Positions 47,381 through 57,592 of a DNA stretch of 64,000 bases are shown piece after piece (positions within the stretch are counted from its first letter, which is position 1; each line of letters begins with the position of its first letter). Source of the stretch: Armatimonadota bacterium (lineage in GTDB: Bacteria; Armatimonadota; Armatimonadia; Armatimonadales; Armatimonadaceae); the NCBI GenBank assembly GCA_043754515.1, contig JAYUUO010000282.1, positions 1-64,000 of the forward strand. The letters run 5' to 3'. Under the pieces are notes generated by a model. That model made no database searches and was not told the origin of the DNA. It was given only the letters and a program-made list of their open reading frames with translations. The position numbers and the translations under genes were made by a program.

Positions 47381-49141
47381 TCAGCGGCGGGGCGGGCGGG
47401 CGCCCTCCTGCGGATGCGCTACCTTCGCCATCACCTTCTGCCCGCGCAGTTTGGTCCGGTTCAGCGCGTCAATCACCTCGTCCACGCGGTCGGAGGGCAC
47501 TTCCACGAACGCCGCGCGATCCAGAATGTCAATCGCACCGACCTGCTTCCCGACTAGCCCGACCTTGGACGCGATCACGCCGACCAGATCGCCGGGGCGT
47601 AACCCGTCCTGCCGACCGAGCGGCACGAACAGCCGCGTCATGCCCGCCTCGGGCTGCTCGGAGTCCGCCGCGATCGCGTCCTCCGACTCCTCCTCGGACG
47701 GTCCGCGCGACTCCCAGAGCATCTGCAGAGCCGCCGCCGCCACTTCCGCCGCGTCGAACTCTTCCGAGAGCGCGGCGACTACCGGGCGTTGCCGGTCGAA
47801 GTCGTCGGCTTCGAGCCGCGCCCGGACTGCGGTGACGAACGTCTCGCGCCGCCGCGCCGCTATATCCGCCGCCGTCGGGATCCGCGCGAGCACGATCTTC
47901 GCGCCGGTCATCTGCTCGATCATGCGCAGGTTACGCCGCTCGCGCGGCTCGATCAGCGTGATCGCGTCGCCCGTGCGCCCGGCCCTCCCGGTGCGGCCGA
48001 TGCGGTGGATGTACTGCTCGACGTCCCACGGCATGTCGAAGTTGATGACGTGTGTCACCGTCTCGATGTCCAACCCTCGCGCGGCGACGTCGGTGGCGAT
48101 TAGCAGTTCGGAACGCCCTTCCTTGAACGACTTCATCACCCGGTCGCGTTCGGACTGGTTCATCTCCCCGTGTAGTGCCTCGGAGTCGTACCCGCGCTGG
48201 CGCAGTGCCTCGGCGAGCTCGCTCGTCTCCTGGCGCGTACGGCAGAAAACGATGGTCGGTCCGGGCGTCTCCATATCCAGTACGCGAGCGAGGGCGTCGC
48301 GCTTCTTGCCGGGTTGCACTTCGTAGTAAGTCTGTTTCGTCGTGTCTAGGGTGCGCCGCTGGCTCTCGATCTTCACGTACTCAGCGTTCGGCAGGAACTT
48401 CTTGACCAGCGCGGCGATGCGGGGCGGCATCGTCGCGGAGAACAGAGCGACTTGGCGGGTGGTCGGCAGTTCGGCGAGGATCGTCTCAATGTCCTCAATG
48501 AAGCCGAACGCCAGCATCTCGTCGGCCTCGTCCAGGGCGCAGAACTTAACCTGCGACAGGTCGAGCGAACCGCGACGCAGGTGGTCCTGGATGCGCCCCG
48601 GCGTCCCGACAACGATCTGCGCGCCCATCTTCAGCGCGCGGAACTGGCGATCAATCGGTTGTCCGCCGTAGATCGGGACGACGCGCATAGGGGTGCCCTT
48701 CGCGAGCAGGTGGAACTGTTCGGCGACCTGAACGCACAACTCGCGCGTCGGCACCATGACCAGTGCCTGCGTATGCGGCTCGCTTGCGTCCGCGTGGGTT
48801 AGTAGCGGGAGCGCGAACGCGGCGGTCTTGCCAGTACCGGTTTGTGCCTGTCCGATCAAGTCGCGCCCCGTGAGCAGGATCGGGATCGCCCGTGCTTGGA
48901 TGGGGGTAGGCGTCTCCCAACCGGCGGCGCGTACCGCGAGGCGGAGCGGCTCCGGCAGTCCGAGATCGTCGAACGACGGCGCGGAGTCTTCCATACTATT
49001 TTCTGGCCCAGACTCGGGCGTAGCGGTGAGGTTTTCGGCTTCGGCGGCTGGCTTCGGTCGTTTCGGCTTCTTCTCGGAGGGCGCGTCGGGCGCGTCTGAT
49101 CTCGATTTCATACCGGCAGGACGGGTTATCTTTTTTTGCAC
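47381..49141 (-). CDS. deaD: DEAD-box RNA helicase with DbpA-type C-terminal RNA-binding domain (DeaD/CsdA-like)
   Basis: TPIQ, AQTGTGKT, PTREL, TPGR, DEAD, SAT, ARGLD, HRIGRTGRAG. Start placed at GTG 49141 after GAAGGA; alternative ATG 49111. Confidence 0.92.
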   Translation of the reverse strand: MQKKITRPAGMKSRSDAPDAPSEKKPKRPKPAAEAENLTATPESGPENSMEDSAPSFDDLGLPEPLRLAVRAAGWETPTPIQARAIPILLTGRDLIGQAQTGTGKTAAFALPLLTHADASEPHTQALVMVPTRELCVQVAEQFHLLAKGTPMRVVPIYGGQPIDRQFRALKMGAQIVVGTPGRIQDHLRRGSLDLSQVKFCALDEADEMLAFGFIEDIETILAELPTTRQVALFSATMPPRIAALVKKFLPNAEYVKIESQRRTLDTTKQTYYEVQPGKKRDALARVLDMETPGPTIVFCRTRQETSELAEALRQRGYDSEALHGEMNQSERDRVMKSFKEGRSELLIATDVAARGLDIETVTHVINFDMPWDVEQYIHRIGRTGRAGRTGDAITLIEPRERRNLRMIEQMTGAKIVLARIPTAADIAARRRETFVTAVRARLEADDFDRQRPVVAALSEEFDAAEVAAAALQMLWESRGPSEEESEDAIAADSEQPEAGMTRLFVPLGRQDGLRPGDLVGVIASKVGLVGKQVGAIDILDRAAFVEVPSDRVDEVIDALNRTKLRGQKVMAKVAHPQEGARPPRR

Positions 49142-49285
49142 ACATTTCCTTCTTCCGTTTGTTTCTGACCAATAATACCAGTTTATGCGTAACAGTGTGC
49201 GGAAATGGGTAGGATACGCATACCGATGAAAAGTGATGCGAACGGCTGACGAGCTGGTATCGTTCTCACCCTGGAGATTACGTAG

Positions 49286-49771
49286 ATGTCGAAGACGCGA
49301 ACGCACGAGGCGATGCTGGATCACGAGCCGAAGGAGATGCCGATGATCAGTCTGACGTTCCACCTGCCGGAAGCACTCCCATATATAGTTCACCTCCGTA
49401 AGACGGCGCGGTGTTTAATAGAGAGTTTGGGGATCTCTATCCAGGACACTGATGACCTAGAACTCGTGATCGGCGAACTCGCGACCAACGCGGTGCGCCA
49501 CGCGCGGGGTGGGGACTATTCTGTCACGCTCGAATTTCTCACACACGAAGCCTCTGTCACCGTGGTTGACAGCGGAGCGGGATGGCGCACCGACACAATA
49601 CCTTTACCCGGCTCGTCGCGCCCAGACGAATTAAGTGACGATATGGCGGAAAGGATCGGCGGGTTCGGTCTGCCGCTCGTCCACTCGGTCTCGGATCATG
49701 TCGAGATTCACCCGAACGCGATCAGTGGAACCACGGTCCGCGTGCGCAAGGTATTGCAGTCCCGTAACTAA
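49286..49771 (+). CDS. RsbW-like anti-sigma factor / Ser kinase (HATPase_c)
   Basis: LVIGELATNAVRHA (N box), VVDSGAG (G1), GGFGLPLV (G2), GTTV. Confidence 0.88.
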   Translation: MSKTRTHEAMLDHEPKEMPMISLTFHLPEALPYIVHLRKTARCLIESLGISIQDTDDLELVIGELATNAVRHARGGDYSVTLEFLTHEASVTVVDSGAGWRTDTIPLPGSSRPDELSDDMAERIGGFGLPLVHSVSDHVEIHPNAISGTTVRVRKVLQSRN

Positions 49772-49962
49772 CCGGGAGAGTGTCCGGACACCTCTGCGTC
49801 CGCGTCTGATTCGGTCTGGTTCGTGCGTTTGCGATTTCGCGACGGTTGGGTAGAACCGGGGAACTAGAGCGGCCCCCGTCACGCTCTAGATGTAGTGCTC
49901 GTTTAACGGAAAAGGTCGCTACCCCGTATCCATGGGCGCGGCTTTGAGAAGGAACAAAAATC

Positions 49963-50271
49963 ATGTCATTTAACACAACTATCCGCCGTAATGCTGTTGC
50001 TTTCGTCGCGGTCGTCTCGCTGATGCCGATCAGCACGGCGTTCGCGCAGACCACGGCTCCGGCCGCTAAAAAGCCGAACTTCATCCAGCGTCACCCGACC
50101 GCGACCGGCTTAGTGGCTGGCGTCGCAACGCACTCGGCCCTGAAGCACTCGGCGGCGCAAAAGAAGGCGCGCCACCAGAAGCTTAACTTCGCGGAGAAGC
50201 ACCCGACCATTACCGGGATCGCCGCCGGTATGGGGACGAAAGCCGTCGTCAAGAAGTCTACGCCGCACTAG
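49963..50271 (+). CDS. Small basic secreted protein with internal duplication
   Basis: AAGGAA RBS, signal peptide AFA, two NF-x-x-x-HPT-x-TG-x-x-AG repeats, own terminator. Confidence 0.8.
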   Translation: MSFNTTIRRNAVAFVAVVSLMPISTAFAQTTAPAAKKPNFIQRHPTATGLVAGVATHSALKHSAAQKKARHQKLNFAEKHPTITGIAAGMGTKAVVKKSTPH

Positions 50272-50287
50272 CAGTCCGCGGTGCGGT

Positions 50288-50330
50288 CCCCGGCCACGGC
50301 ACTCATTCCGCCGTAGCCGGGGGCTTTTTT
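50288..50330 (+). terminator. Intrinsic terminator
   Basis: CCCCGGCCACGGC...GCCGTAGCCGGGG followed by a T-run. Confidence 0.8.
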
Positions 50331-50403
50331 ATGTCAGCCTCACGCACTACATCGGTCGTCTCTGGTAAGCGGCGAGGTGGGTGCGCCGTGCCTCGCGACT
50401 TTG

Positions 50404-51330
50404 TTACCGGATCGCGCCGTGCGGCAGGACCGCGTGCACCCCGCGAACGCCGTTCACAATCTGCGTTATCCGTAAGTCTACGGTGAGCGAGGCGATCGCG
50501 AGTGCCTCCCGCCGATCATAGCCGAAGCGCGACTCCATCAGCTCCAGCATCCCCTCCAGCGCGAGATACGTCGCCTCGTTCAAGTCTTCGTGAAGCCCGA
50601 AAGATACCCACCCGTTCGGCGTGTCCGCGCTGGGTGCCTTAAGCGGCATATCTTGATGGAGCGAGAAGGTAAGCTCGACGTGCTCCATCGGACACTCCAG
50701 TGCGGTGACCGCGACCTCGCCATCGCCCTGTGCGCCGTGCCCATCCCCGACACAAAATAGTCCGCCGGTTACCTCTATCGGAAGGTAAAGAGTGCTGCCT
50801 GTTACCAGTTCCTTACAGTCGAGATTTCCCCCCGTCCGCCGGGGAGGAGCCGTCGAATGCCTGCCCGCCGCGTCCGGCGGCATGCCCATCACGCCCATGA
50901 ACGGTCTCAGGGCGATCCGGTGTCCCGACCGACTCGTGGCGATCAGAGCGTCCTGGTCGAGCGTCCACGCCAGCCGGTATTCGTCGCCCCCCGCGATCCC
51001 GAGGCGACTGTTAACCGGGTGCGGCCAGCCGCCCGCGACCGTCCACCCCCAGGTTCCGGTGCGGATCGCCCCGATTTGTATGCCGAGCGTCATACCCGGC
51101 TCCGCGCCCTTAACCGCTATCGGGCCGCAGAGCGCGTGCCCGCTATCGCGTGCCGGATCGCGCGGCTCGAACCGCGTGAGCGACGAGCCGGAGTCGCCGA
51201 CACCCCACGCGGCATCAAGGGTGCGGTAGAAGATGGTGTCGCCGGGTTCGATAGTGAGTACGGGCGGATCGTTGCGCGAAAAAGTACCGATGAGCGTCCG
51301 GCGTTCGGGGAGAATGTGATGGATTGCCAT
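50404..51330 (-). CDS. Acetamidase/formamidase family protein
   Basis: GHALCGPIAVKGAEPG, PFMGVMG, GGNLDC, GDGHGAQGDGEV. Confidence 0.92.
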   Translation of the reverse strand: MAIHHILPERRTLIGTFSRNDPPVLTIEPGDTIFYRTLDAAWGVGDSGSSLTRFEPRDPARDSGHALCGPIAVKGAEPGMTLGIQIGAIRTGTWGWTVAGGWPHPVNSRLGIAGGDEYRLAWTLDQDALIATSRSGHRIALRPFMGVMGMPPDAAGRHSTAPPRRTGGNLDCKELVTGSTLYLPIEVTGGLFCVGDGHGAQGDGEVAVTALECPMEHVELTFSLHQDMPLKAPSADTPNGWVSFGLHEDLNEATYLALEGMLELMESRFGYDRREALAIASLTVDLRITQIVNGVRGVHAVLPHGAIR

Positions 51331-51461
51331 GTCGTCTGTTACCTAGTGGAATGTACCCGCTCGGTGCCAAAAACTCTTTCCTTGGTAGGAAAACTATATG
51401 GCGTGCAGGGGGAACATAAACAATCATTTTCGTGTCTGGTTGCTGAAATGTTCAGCACCAT

Positions 51462-52660
51462 TTGCACCTCCCACCGACACCTCAGCCCGAGAATATCTCG
51501 GTCAGTGCGCAGTCTTTGCGCTTGAGACATTCTTTCGAGAGTGGGGCGGGCCTTTACACCGCCGACAATCGCACGGGAAGATTGACCCCGTGGGACACAA
51601 TCACGGTTCACTTGGTGACGTCACGGGACTCTTTTTCTGCTATGCGCGGGGAGTGGAATCGGCTCAACTCCGATTCGCCACAAGCCTCCCTCTTCCGCAC
51701 CTGGGAATGGGCGTTCCATTGGTGGACTGTTTTTCTACAAGAACGATCCTGCTCGCTCAAGATACTCGCGTTCCGTGACCCGCGCGGGCGACTCGTCGCT
51801 GTCATACCACTGCATGACGCCAAAAATCCGTTCGACAAATTGTGGGCGCGCCGCCTGAGTCTGCTCCAGGACTTTGGCTGGCATCAAGAGCAGATGGTGG
51901 AGGAACCGACGTCCGTGATCGCGCTCGGGTATGAAACGCTGGTGATCGAAGCACTGTCGTGGTTCCTATCGTGCTCCCAACACTTCCGTTGGGACGCCTG
52001 TCAAATCGGCTTTCATTCGGCGCATCCCGCCGAGCGGTCGGAGAGAGTCATCTGGAAATTAAAGTCACCGTTAGTTGCGTGGCAGTGCAAGCAACACCCT
52101 GGTTCGCGGTTTGTCCTGTTGCCACCAGACTGGGCGACCTATCGTGGCTCCTTGAGCCGCTCCATGCGCGATAATTTGAGCTACTACCCGCGCAAGGACG
52201 CGTGTGCCGGGCTAGCTTTACGGGTGCGTATACTCACCTCGCTGGAGGACGTAGCCTGATACATCCCGGCGGTCATCCGTCTGCATCGTCTCCGCGCGGA
52301 CATTTCTGCGAGTCCCTGTCCGCACTACGATCACATTCCCACGGACGCGCACGAGAAGTTTTTGAAACTGTACTTCCCGATCCTTGCCGCTCGCGGCGAG
52401 GCGTTCATTGCGGTCGCGGAAGTCGCGGGCGAACCTGTAGCCGCCCAATTATTTTTGTGTTTCGACAATGTCGTGACTGCATCAAGAGCGGGGTCTACGC
52501 AGTCAACTTTTTGGCGGCGGATGCTCTCTGGAAATCCCGCTGGGGCGCGGAACCCTGGGACCCCATAAATGTGGTAACCATGACGCGTCTGACGCCCGCC
52601 TCAATGCTCCGTACCGCCCAAACCGTCTATGCGCGACACAGGGAGCGCGACAAGGCTTGA
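51462..52660 (+). pseudogene. GNAT acetyltransferase (CelD/BcsL-like) pseudogene
   Basis: EWNRL...FRTWEW...WW, YRGSLSRSMR; in-frame TGA at 52257-52259; frame change near 52475 before VNFL...WKSRWGA. Confidence 0.8.
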
Positions 52661-52761
52661 CCTACCCCGAAGAGGCCATTGTGAACGTGGGGGGGGATGG
52701 GGCGTGGAGTCAGGGATAGGTGAGTTCTTGCCCGGAGCCGCGAATGGGGCATAATAGAGCC

Positions 52762-54060
52762 GTGATTAACCCGCCCCCGGCTCCCAAGCCGTCCGCCGTT
52801 CTAGCCCTGCCCGAGTTCCGCCGCTTTCTGGTCGCGGTTGGAACGTCCACCTTGGCCGGAAGTGCCCTCGCGGTGGTGCTCGGCTACCAGATCTATGCCG
52901 TGACCCACTCGGTACTCGCTCTCGGATGGCTCGGTCTGGTCGAGGCGATCCCCGCGCTGTCGCTCGCGCTCTTCGGGGGGCACCTCGCCGACCGCGTGGA
53001 TCGCCGCCGCATCGTGATGATCACTCAGCAGGTCGCCATCGTTTGCGCCCTGATGTTCGCGTTTCTTTCGGGCGGGGCGACGCCGCCGACGGTGATCAGC
53101 CTGTACGCGGTGGTGTTCCTCGCGGGGATCGCGCGCGGCTTCTCCGGCCCCGCCATGTCCGCGCTCGAAGCGCAGATCGTCCCGCGCGATCAGCTTCTAA
53201 ACGCGTCCGGCTATCTCAGCGCGACCTGGCAGTCGTGCGCGATTCTAGGCCCCGCGCTCGGCGGCGTTGCGTATGATTTTCTGGGCGCGCGGAACACCTA
53301 CTTCCTGCTCGTGGGGTTGCTGACCATCGGACTCGGGTTCCTGTTCGCCGTTTCCCCGAAGCCGATGCCGACGCTTGAAACACCCGCCAAAGACGAGCCG
53401 GAAGAGTCCATCTGGCAAAGCATCGCCATCGGGATTCGTTTCGTTTTCCAGACGCCCGCGCTGATCGGCTCAATGGCACTCGATCTGTTCGCGGTGCTGT
53501 TCGGGGGAGCCATCGCGCTACTGCCGGTGTTCGCGAGAGACATACTGCATGTCGGCGCGGGCGGACTCGGACTGCTCAATGCCGCGCCGTCCGTCGGCGC
53601 GCTGACCGCGACCTTGCTCGCGACGCGCTTCCCGCCGCTCCGCCACGCGGGTCGGAACCTGCTCCTGTCCGTCGCCGCATTCGGCGTGAGCATTTGCGTT
53701 TTCGCGCTGTCTAAAAACCTCCTGCTTTCTCTGTTCGCGCTGTTCTTTTCCGGCGTGTTCGACGGGGTGAGCATGGTGATACGCCGCGCGATTATGCGGC
53801 TACTCTCGCCGAACCACCTGCGCGGGCGGATCGCCTCCGTTTCGATGATATTCATCGGCTCCTCGAACGAAATCGGCGCATTCGAGAGTGGCGTCGCGGC
53901 TAGTCTGCTCGGGACGGTCCGCTCCGTATGGCTGGGCGCGGTCGTCACGCTCGTTATCGTCGCCGGTACCGCCTACTTCGCTCCCGGCCTGCGGAACCTG
54001 CGGCTCGACGCGGAGGGGCGTCAAGAACCCGATCCCGAACGGGTAATTGGGACACCATGA
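52762..54060 (+). CDS. MFS transporter (EntS/DHA3-like)
   Basis: GGHLADRVDRRR motif A, LDLFAVLFGGAIALLPVFARDIL, LRGRIASV, SNEIGAFESG. Confidence 0.92.
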   Translation: MINPPPAPKPSAVLALPEFRRFLVAVGTSTLAGSALAVVLGYQIYAVTHSVLALGWLGLVEAIPALSLALFGGHLADRVDRRRIVMITQQVAIVCALMFAFLSGGATPPTVISLYAVVFLAGIARGFSGPAMSALEAQIVPRDQLLNASGYLSATWQSCAILGPALGGVAYDFLGARNTYFLLVGLLTIGLGFLFAVSPKPMPTLETPAKDEPEESIWQSIAIGIRFVFQTPALIGSMALDLFAVLFGGAIALLPVFARDILHVGAGGLGLLNAAPSVGALTATLLATRFPPLRHAGRNLLLSVAAFGVSICVFALSKNLLLSLFALFFSGVFDGVSMVIRRAIMRLLSPNHLRGRIASVSMIFIGSSNEIGAFESGVAASLLGTVRSVWLGAVVTLVIVAGTAYFAPGLRNLRLDAEGRQEPDPERVIGTP

Positions 54061-54068
54061 GGTCACTG

Positions 54069-54710
54069 CTACGGGACGGCGTTTTTCGCGCATTCGCCGC
54101 AGACGTAATCCGTCGCGCCGAGCAGCTCCGGCAGGCAGGCGTTCGCGTAGACGTCCGAGCGGAGTACCGCGTTTTGCAGGGTCAGGCAGAAGAACTGCCA
54201 GCCCGAGCCGTTGCTCACGATCCCGTAGACGGGAGCGAACAGGTTGCTTTGCAGGTTGTTCCAGCGACACGCGACCATCTCCGCGACACACTGCGTCTGC
54301 CCTTGCTCGAAGTCATCCTTCTTCGCCTCAGCCACGCATAACAGCGGCGTTTCCATATAAGCGCGCTTCGGGGCGATCAGGTAATCCGCGAACCCGGTCA
54401 GCGTGTCTCTTTCTAGCGGCTCCGCTTTCCAGACCTTGATGCGCGGGTGGCGCGGAACGACCTCCAGGAGTATCGTGTCTACTCAGTGTGATTTTCGCGG
54501 CTTCGAACTGCTCGAGATCGAACGACTCAGGCGAATTAGGGTTTCGCGTGAAACCGTGTTCGGCTCCAGTCGTACTGAGGGCAGTTCCCAGCGCGTGAAG
54601 TCCTTCGCCGGGACGAGTTGCATGGCGTCCTTCAGGCGAAACCCGGAGTAGCGGCGTTTCGTGACTGGCGGGACTGGGTTCGTCCGTCGCATATTCGTTG
54701 GGTTCGTCAT
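54069..54710 (-). pseudogene. PD-(D/E)XK / HsdR-N-like protein pseudogene
   Basis: GFADYL...VAEAKKDDFEQG.TQCVAEM...VYGIVSNG..WQF core; the N-terminal part is joined only through two frameshifts (about 54527 and 54483). Confidence 0.72.
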
Positions 54711-54792
54711 GCGCTGATTTTACGGCACGCGGGGTGTATTAGCGACCCGCCTTCGCTCGCGCCTCCTGCTAAAACGGGTACACTCTCACCCA

Positions 54793-56292
54793 ATGAATCC
54801 TGACCATAATGTAGCCATCGTCTGGTTCCGGCGCGGCATCCGGGTGCGCGATAACCACGCGCTGACCGAAGCCGTCCGCGCCGCGCGAACCGTCGTCCCC
54901 GTGTTCATACTGGATCCGGCGATCCTTACTCACCCGACAACCGCGCCGGTGCGCGTCCGCTTCCTGTTCGAGTCGCTCTCGGCACTGGACACCGAACTAC
55001 AAGCCATCGGCGGGCGGCTGATCATCCGGCACGGCAAGCCGGTCGAGGAGTTGGAGCGGCTCAGGCACGAGACCGGTGCGACCTCGCTGTTTTTCGGGCG
55101 CGAGTACGAGCCGTACGGGCGTGAGCGCGACAAGTCCGTCACCGAGGCGATGACTAAGTGCGGAGTCAGCGTGACCGAGACCGACGACCATTTGCTGACC
55201 GAGCCGGGCGAAGTGATGAGCAAAACGGGAACCGCCTACACCGTGTTCACGCCGTATAAACGCGTCTGGTTCGAGCGGGCGATGGACGCGCCCCTCCCCG
55301 CGCCGACTCGCGTCCAACTCCCCGAGGGCCTGAGTAGCGAGGCGATCCCGACGCTCCCGGCGAGCGTCGGTGTATCCGAATCGTATGGTGGGGATGCGCC
55401 CGAAGTGCGCGTCCGTGGCGGCGAAAAGGAGGGGGCAAACTGGCTACAAAAGTTTTTAGACGCCTGTCTCGGCGGCTACGGTACCGAGCGCGATTTTCCG
55501 TCGCACGAGGGCACATCGCGCCTTTCAGCGTACCTGCGTATGGGCGTTCTCTCGCCGCGTCAGGTGTTCGACGCGGTCCGCGCCCGGCGTGACGAACTCC
55601 CGGCGAAAACGGCAGACGGGGCGAACACGTTCCTGACCGAACTCGCCTGGCGCGATTTCTACTACCAGATTTTATTCCACTTCCCGCATGTCCAAAACGG
55701 GGCGTTCAAGCCCGCTTATGACGCCATCCGGTGGCAGAACGACGACCGGCTTTTCGACGCGTGGCGCGAGGGGAGAACGGGCTACCCGATCGTGGACGCC
55801 GCGCAACGGCAGATGAACGCGCAGGGCTGGATGCACAACCGGGCGCGGATGATCACCGCGTCGTTCCTGTGCAAGGATCTGCTCTGTGACTGGCGCACGG
55901 GGGAGCGGGTGTTTATGCAGCGGCTTGTGGACGGGGATCAGGCATCGAATAACGGTGGGTGGCAGTGGGCGGCGGGCACGGGGACTGACGCCCAGCCTTT
56001 CTTCCGCATATTCAACCCGACCTTGCAAGGGGAGAAGTTCGACGCGGACGGCGCGTACGTGAAGCGGTGGTGCCCCGAACTGGCCCGGATTCCGGCCAAG
56101 TATGTACACAAACCCTGGGATCTGACCGAGCGCGAGCAAGATGCGGTTGGCTGCGTGCTGGGGCGCGACTACCCCCGGCCGATAGTAGACCACAAGACGC
56201 AACGCGAGAAGGCACTCGCCATCTATCGCGCGACGCCGGACACCGATGAGGCACAGGGTAAGGAGGCGGGCGAGACGTCCTACGTTCCTTGA
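54793..56292 (+). CDS. phrB: Deoxyribodipyrimidine photolyase
   Basis: WFRR..RVRDN, YTVFTPY, TSRLSAYL, ELAWRDFY, GRTGYPIVDA, WMHNRARM, GWQWAAGTG, RIFNP. Confidence 0.95.
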   Translation: MNPDHNVAIVWFRRGIRVRDNHALTEAVRAARTVVPVFILDPAILTHPTTAPVRVRFLFESLSALDTELQAIGGRLIIRHGKPVEELERLRHETGATSLFFGREYEPYGRERDKSVTEAMTKCGVSVTETDDHLLTEPGEVMSKTGTAYTVFTPYKRVWFERAMDAPLPAPTRVQLPEGLSSEAIPTLPASVGVSESYGGDAPEVRVRGGEKEGANWLQKFLDACLGGYGTERDFPSHEGTSRLSAYLRMGVLSPRQVFDAVRARRDELPAKTADGANTFLTELAWRDFYYQILFHFPHVQNGAFKPAYDAIRWQNDDRLFDAWREGRTGYPIVDAAQRQMNAQGWMHNRARMITASFLCKDLLCDWRTGERVFMQRLVDGDQASNNGGWQWAAGTGTDAQPFFRIFNPTLQGEKFDADGAYVKRWCPELARIPAKYVHKPWDLTEREQDAVGCVLGRDYPRPIVDHKTQREKALAIYRATPDTDEAQGKEAGETSYVP

Positions 56293-56361
56293 TGTGGCGG
56301 CACATCACGGACTGAAACGCACGGATCAGGCGCGGCAGATCAGTCTACCGCGCCCGAGTTT

Positions 56362-56613
56362 CTAAATACCGCCCGCCGCGACGACCCCGTCCTGCTCGCC
56401 GACCACGCCGGTTTGCGCGTAATCCGTCTCGCCCTCATCCCTACTACTGGGAGCGGTTACTGCATCGGATTGTCCCACGGGGGGCATCTGTTTCGTCGTG
56501 TTTGCGGGATCGTCACCGTCCGAGGTGCCGCCGACCACCGCCTCCGTAGCCGAGTCCCGCTCGTCAATCAAAGAAAAGTTCGGCGTGTCGCCGGTGGTTA
56601 GTGCTGATGTCAT
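56362..56613 (-). CDS. Small acidic, probably disordered protein
   Basis: AGGAGA RBS before ATG 56613; D/E/T/G-rich; hairpin at about 56329-56354 between it and the convergent phrB. Confidence 0.6.
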   Translation of the reverse strand: MTSALTTGDTPNFSLIDERDSATEAVVGGTSDGDDPANTTKQMPPVGQSDAVTAPSSRDEGETDYAQTGVVGEQDGVVAAGGI

Positions 56614-56698
56614 AATCACAGTCTCCTGGGGCAGTTATGCCCGAAGGTGGATGTGGGCGAAACCGACCGGGATGGGTTATAACAGAGGTGGAAAGTCT

Positions 56699-57460
56699 AT
56701 GTGGAACCGTCACCCGATACGCCCCCTGGTCACGCCGCTCCTCGCCGCGCTGGCACTGTCGCCGCTCGCCGTGTTCGCGCAAGGGGACCCTGCGGCTCAA
56801 GTCGCACCCCCGAATGCCCCGGCGCGTGCGACCAGTCCCGATGTCGAGATCGTGGTGATCGTGTTACCGACGGGTGATTACGCGGTCTCCTCCGTCTACC
56901 CCGGACAGGTGCCGCAAGCCGCCGCGCAGGCGCGAATTAACCGTCTTCTCTCGCTCACGAAGTGGCGGGCGGTGCATCGTAAGTTCTCCGACGCGCCCGC
57001 CGCGTCCAATCTGCTTCGTGACGACGCGCATGCGAAACTGTCCGCCGCGTCGTTCGAGACCGATGGTGGTGTCTACGCCGCCGACGGGACCATTGACTGG
57101 GAGCCGTTCCTGCAAGCGTTCGGCGACCTGCGGCGTGTCAACATCGTTTGCTTTACGGGGCCGGGGTTCACCTATGGCGGTCCGGTCGCCTGGGACAGCG
57201 AGCGGATTGCGTTCTCGGCGACCGCCGCGCCGGGAGCGGTCTCGGCAACAGCGGTGATCAAGAAGCCGGAAGCGAACGCGTCGCGGTTCGGTCTGCCCCG
57301 GTTCGGCACTGTTGTGGCGAAAGCCCCGGTGGCGGCGGTCGGTGCCGCTAAAGAGGGTGGGCGGGGGCGCGATGCGAAGATTCTACTTCTCGCGCTGTTT
57401 TCGGTCGGCATCGCGCTCGCCATTTACCGGCTCGCCTCGCGCCTTGTTCCCAAAGCGTAG
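56699..57460 (+). CDS. Exported hypothetical protein with C-terminal TM anchor
   Basis: GAGGTGG RBS, signal peptide ending VFA, C-terminal hydrophobic helix with basic tail. Confidence 0.72.
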   Translation: MWNRHPIRPLVTPLLAALALSPLAVFAQGDPAAQVAPPNAPARATSPDVEIVVIVLPTGDYAVSSVYPGQVPQAAAQARINRLLSLTKWRAVHRKFSDAPAASNLLRDDAHAKLSAASFETDGGVYAADGTIDWEPFLQAFGDLRRVNIVCFTGPGFTYGGPVAWDSERIAFSATAAPGAVSATAVIKKPEANASRFGLPRFGTVVAKAPVAAVGAAKEGGRGRDAKILLLALFSVGIALAIYRLASRLVPKA

Positions 57461-57592
57461 TTTATACGATACAATTCGGCGTGAATCGGCGCGGGTAACC
57501 ACTGCCCGTAACCAGTCAAACGATTGCGCGTTACACTTACAACACGCGTCCTACACACAACCGTTGGTACCGGGAAGGATTAAGCAGACCCT

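Noticed and set aside
51353..51374. SigB/SigF-like promoter for the acetamidase gene (GTTT-N12-GGGTAC, minus strand)
   Set aside because: The spacer is 4-5 nt shorter than in the other four instances, so it was left out of the proposed regulon.
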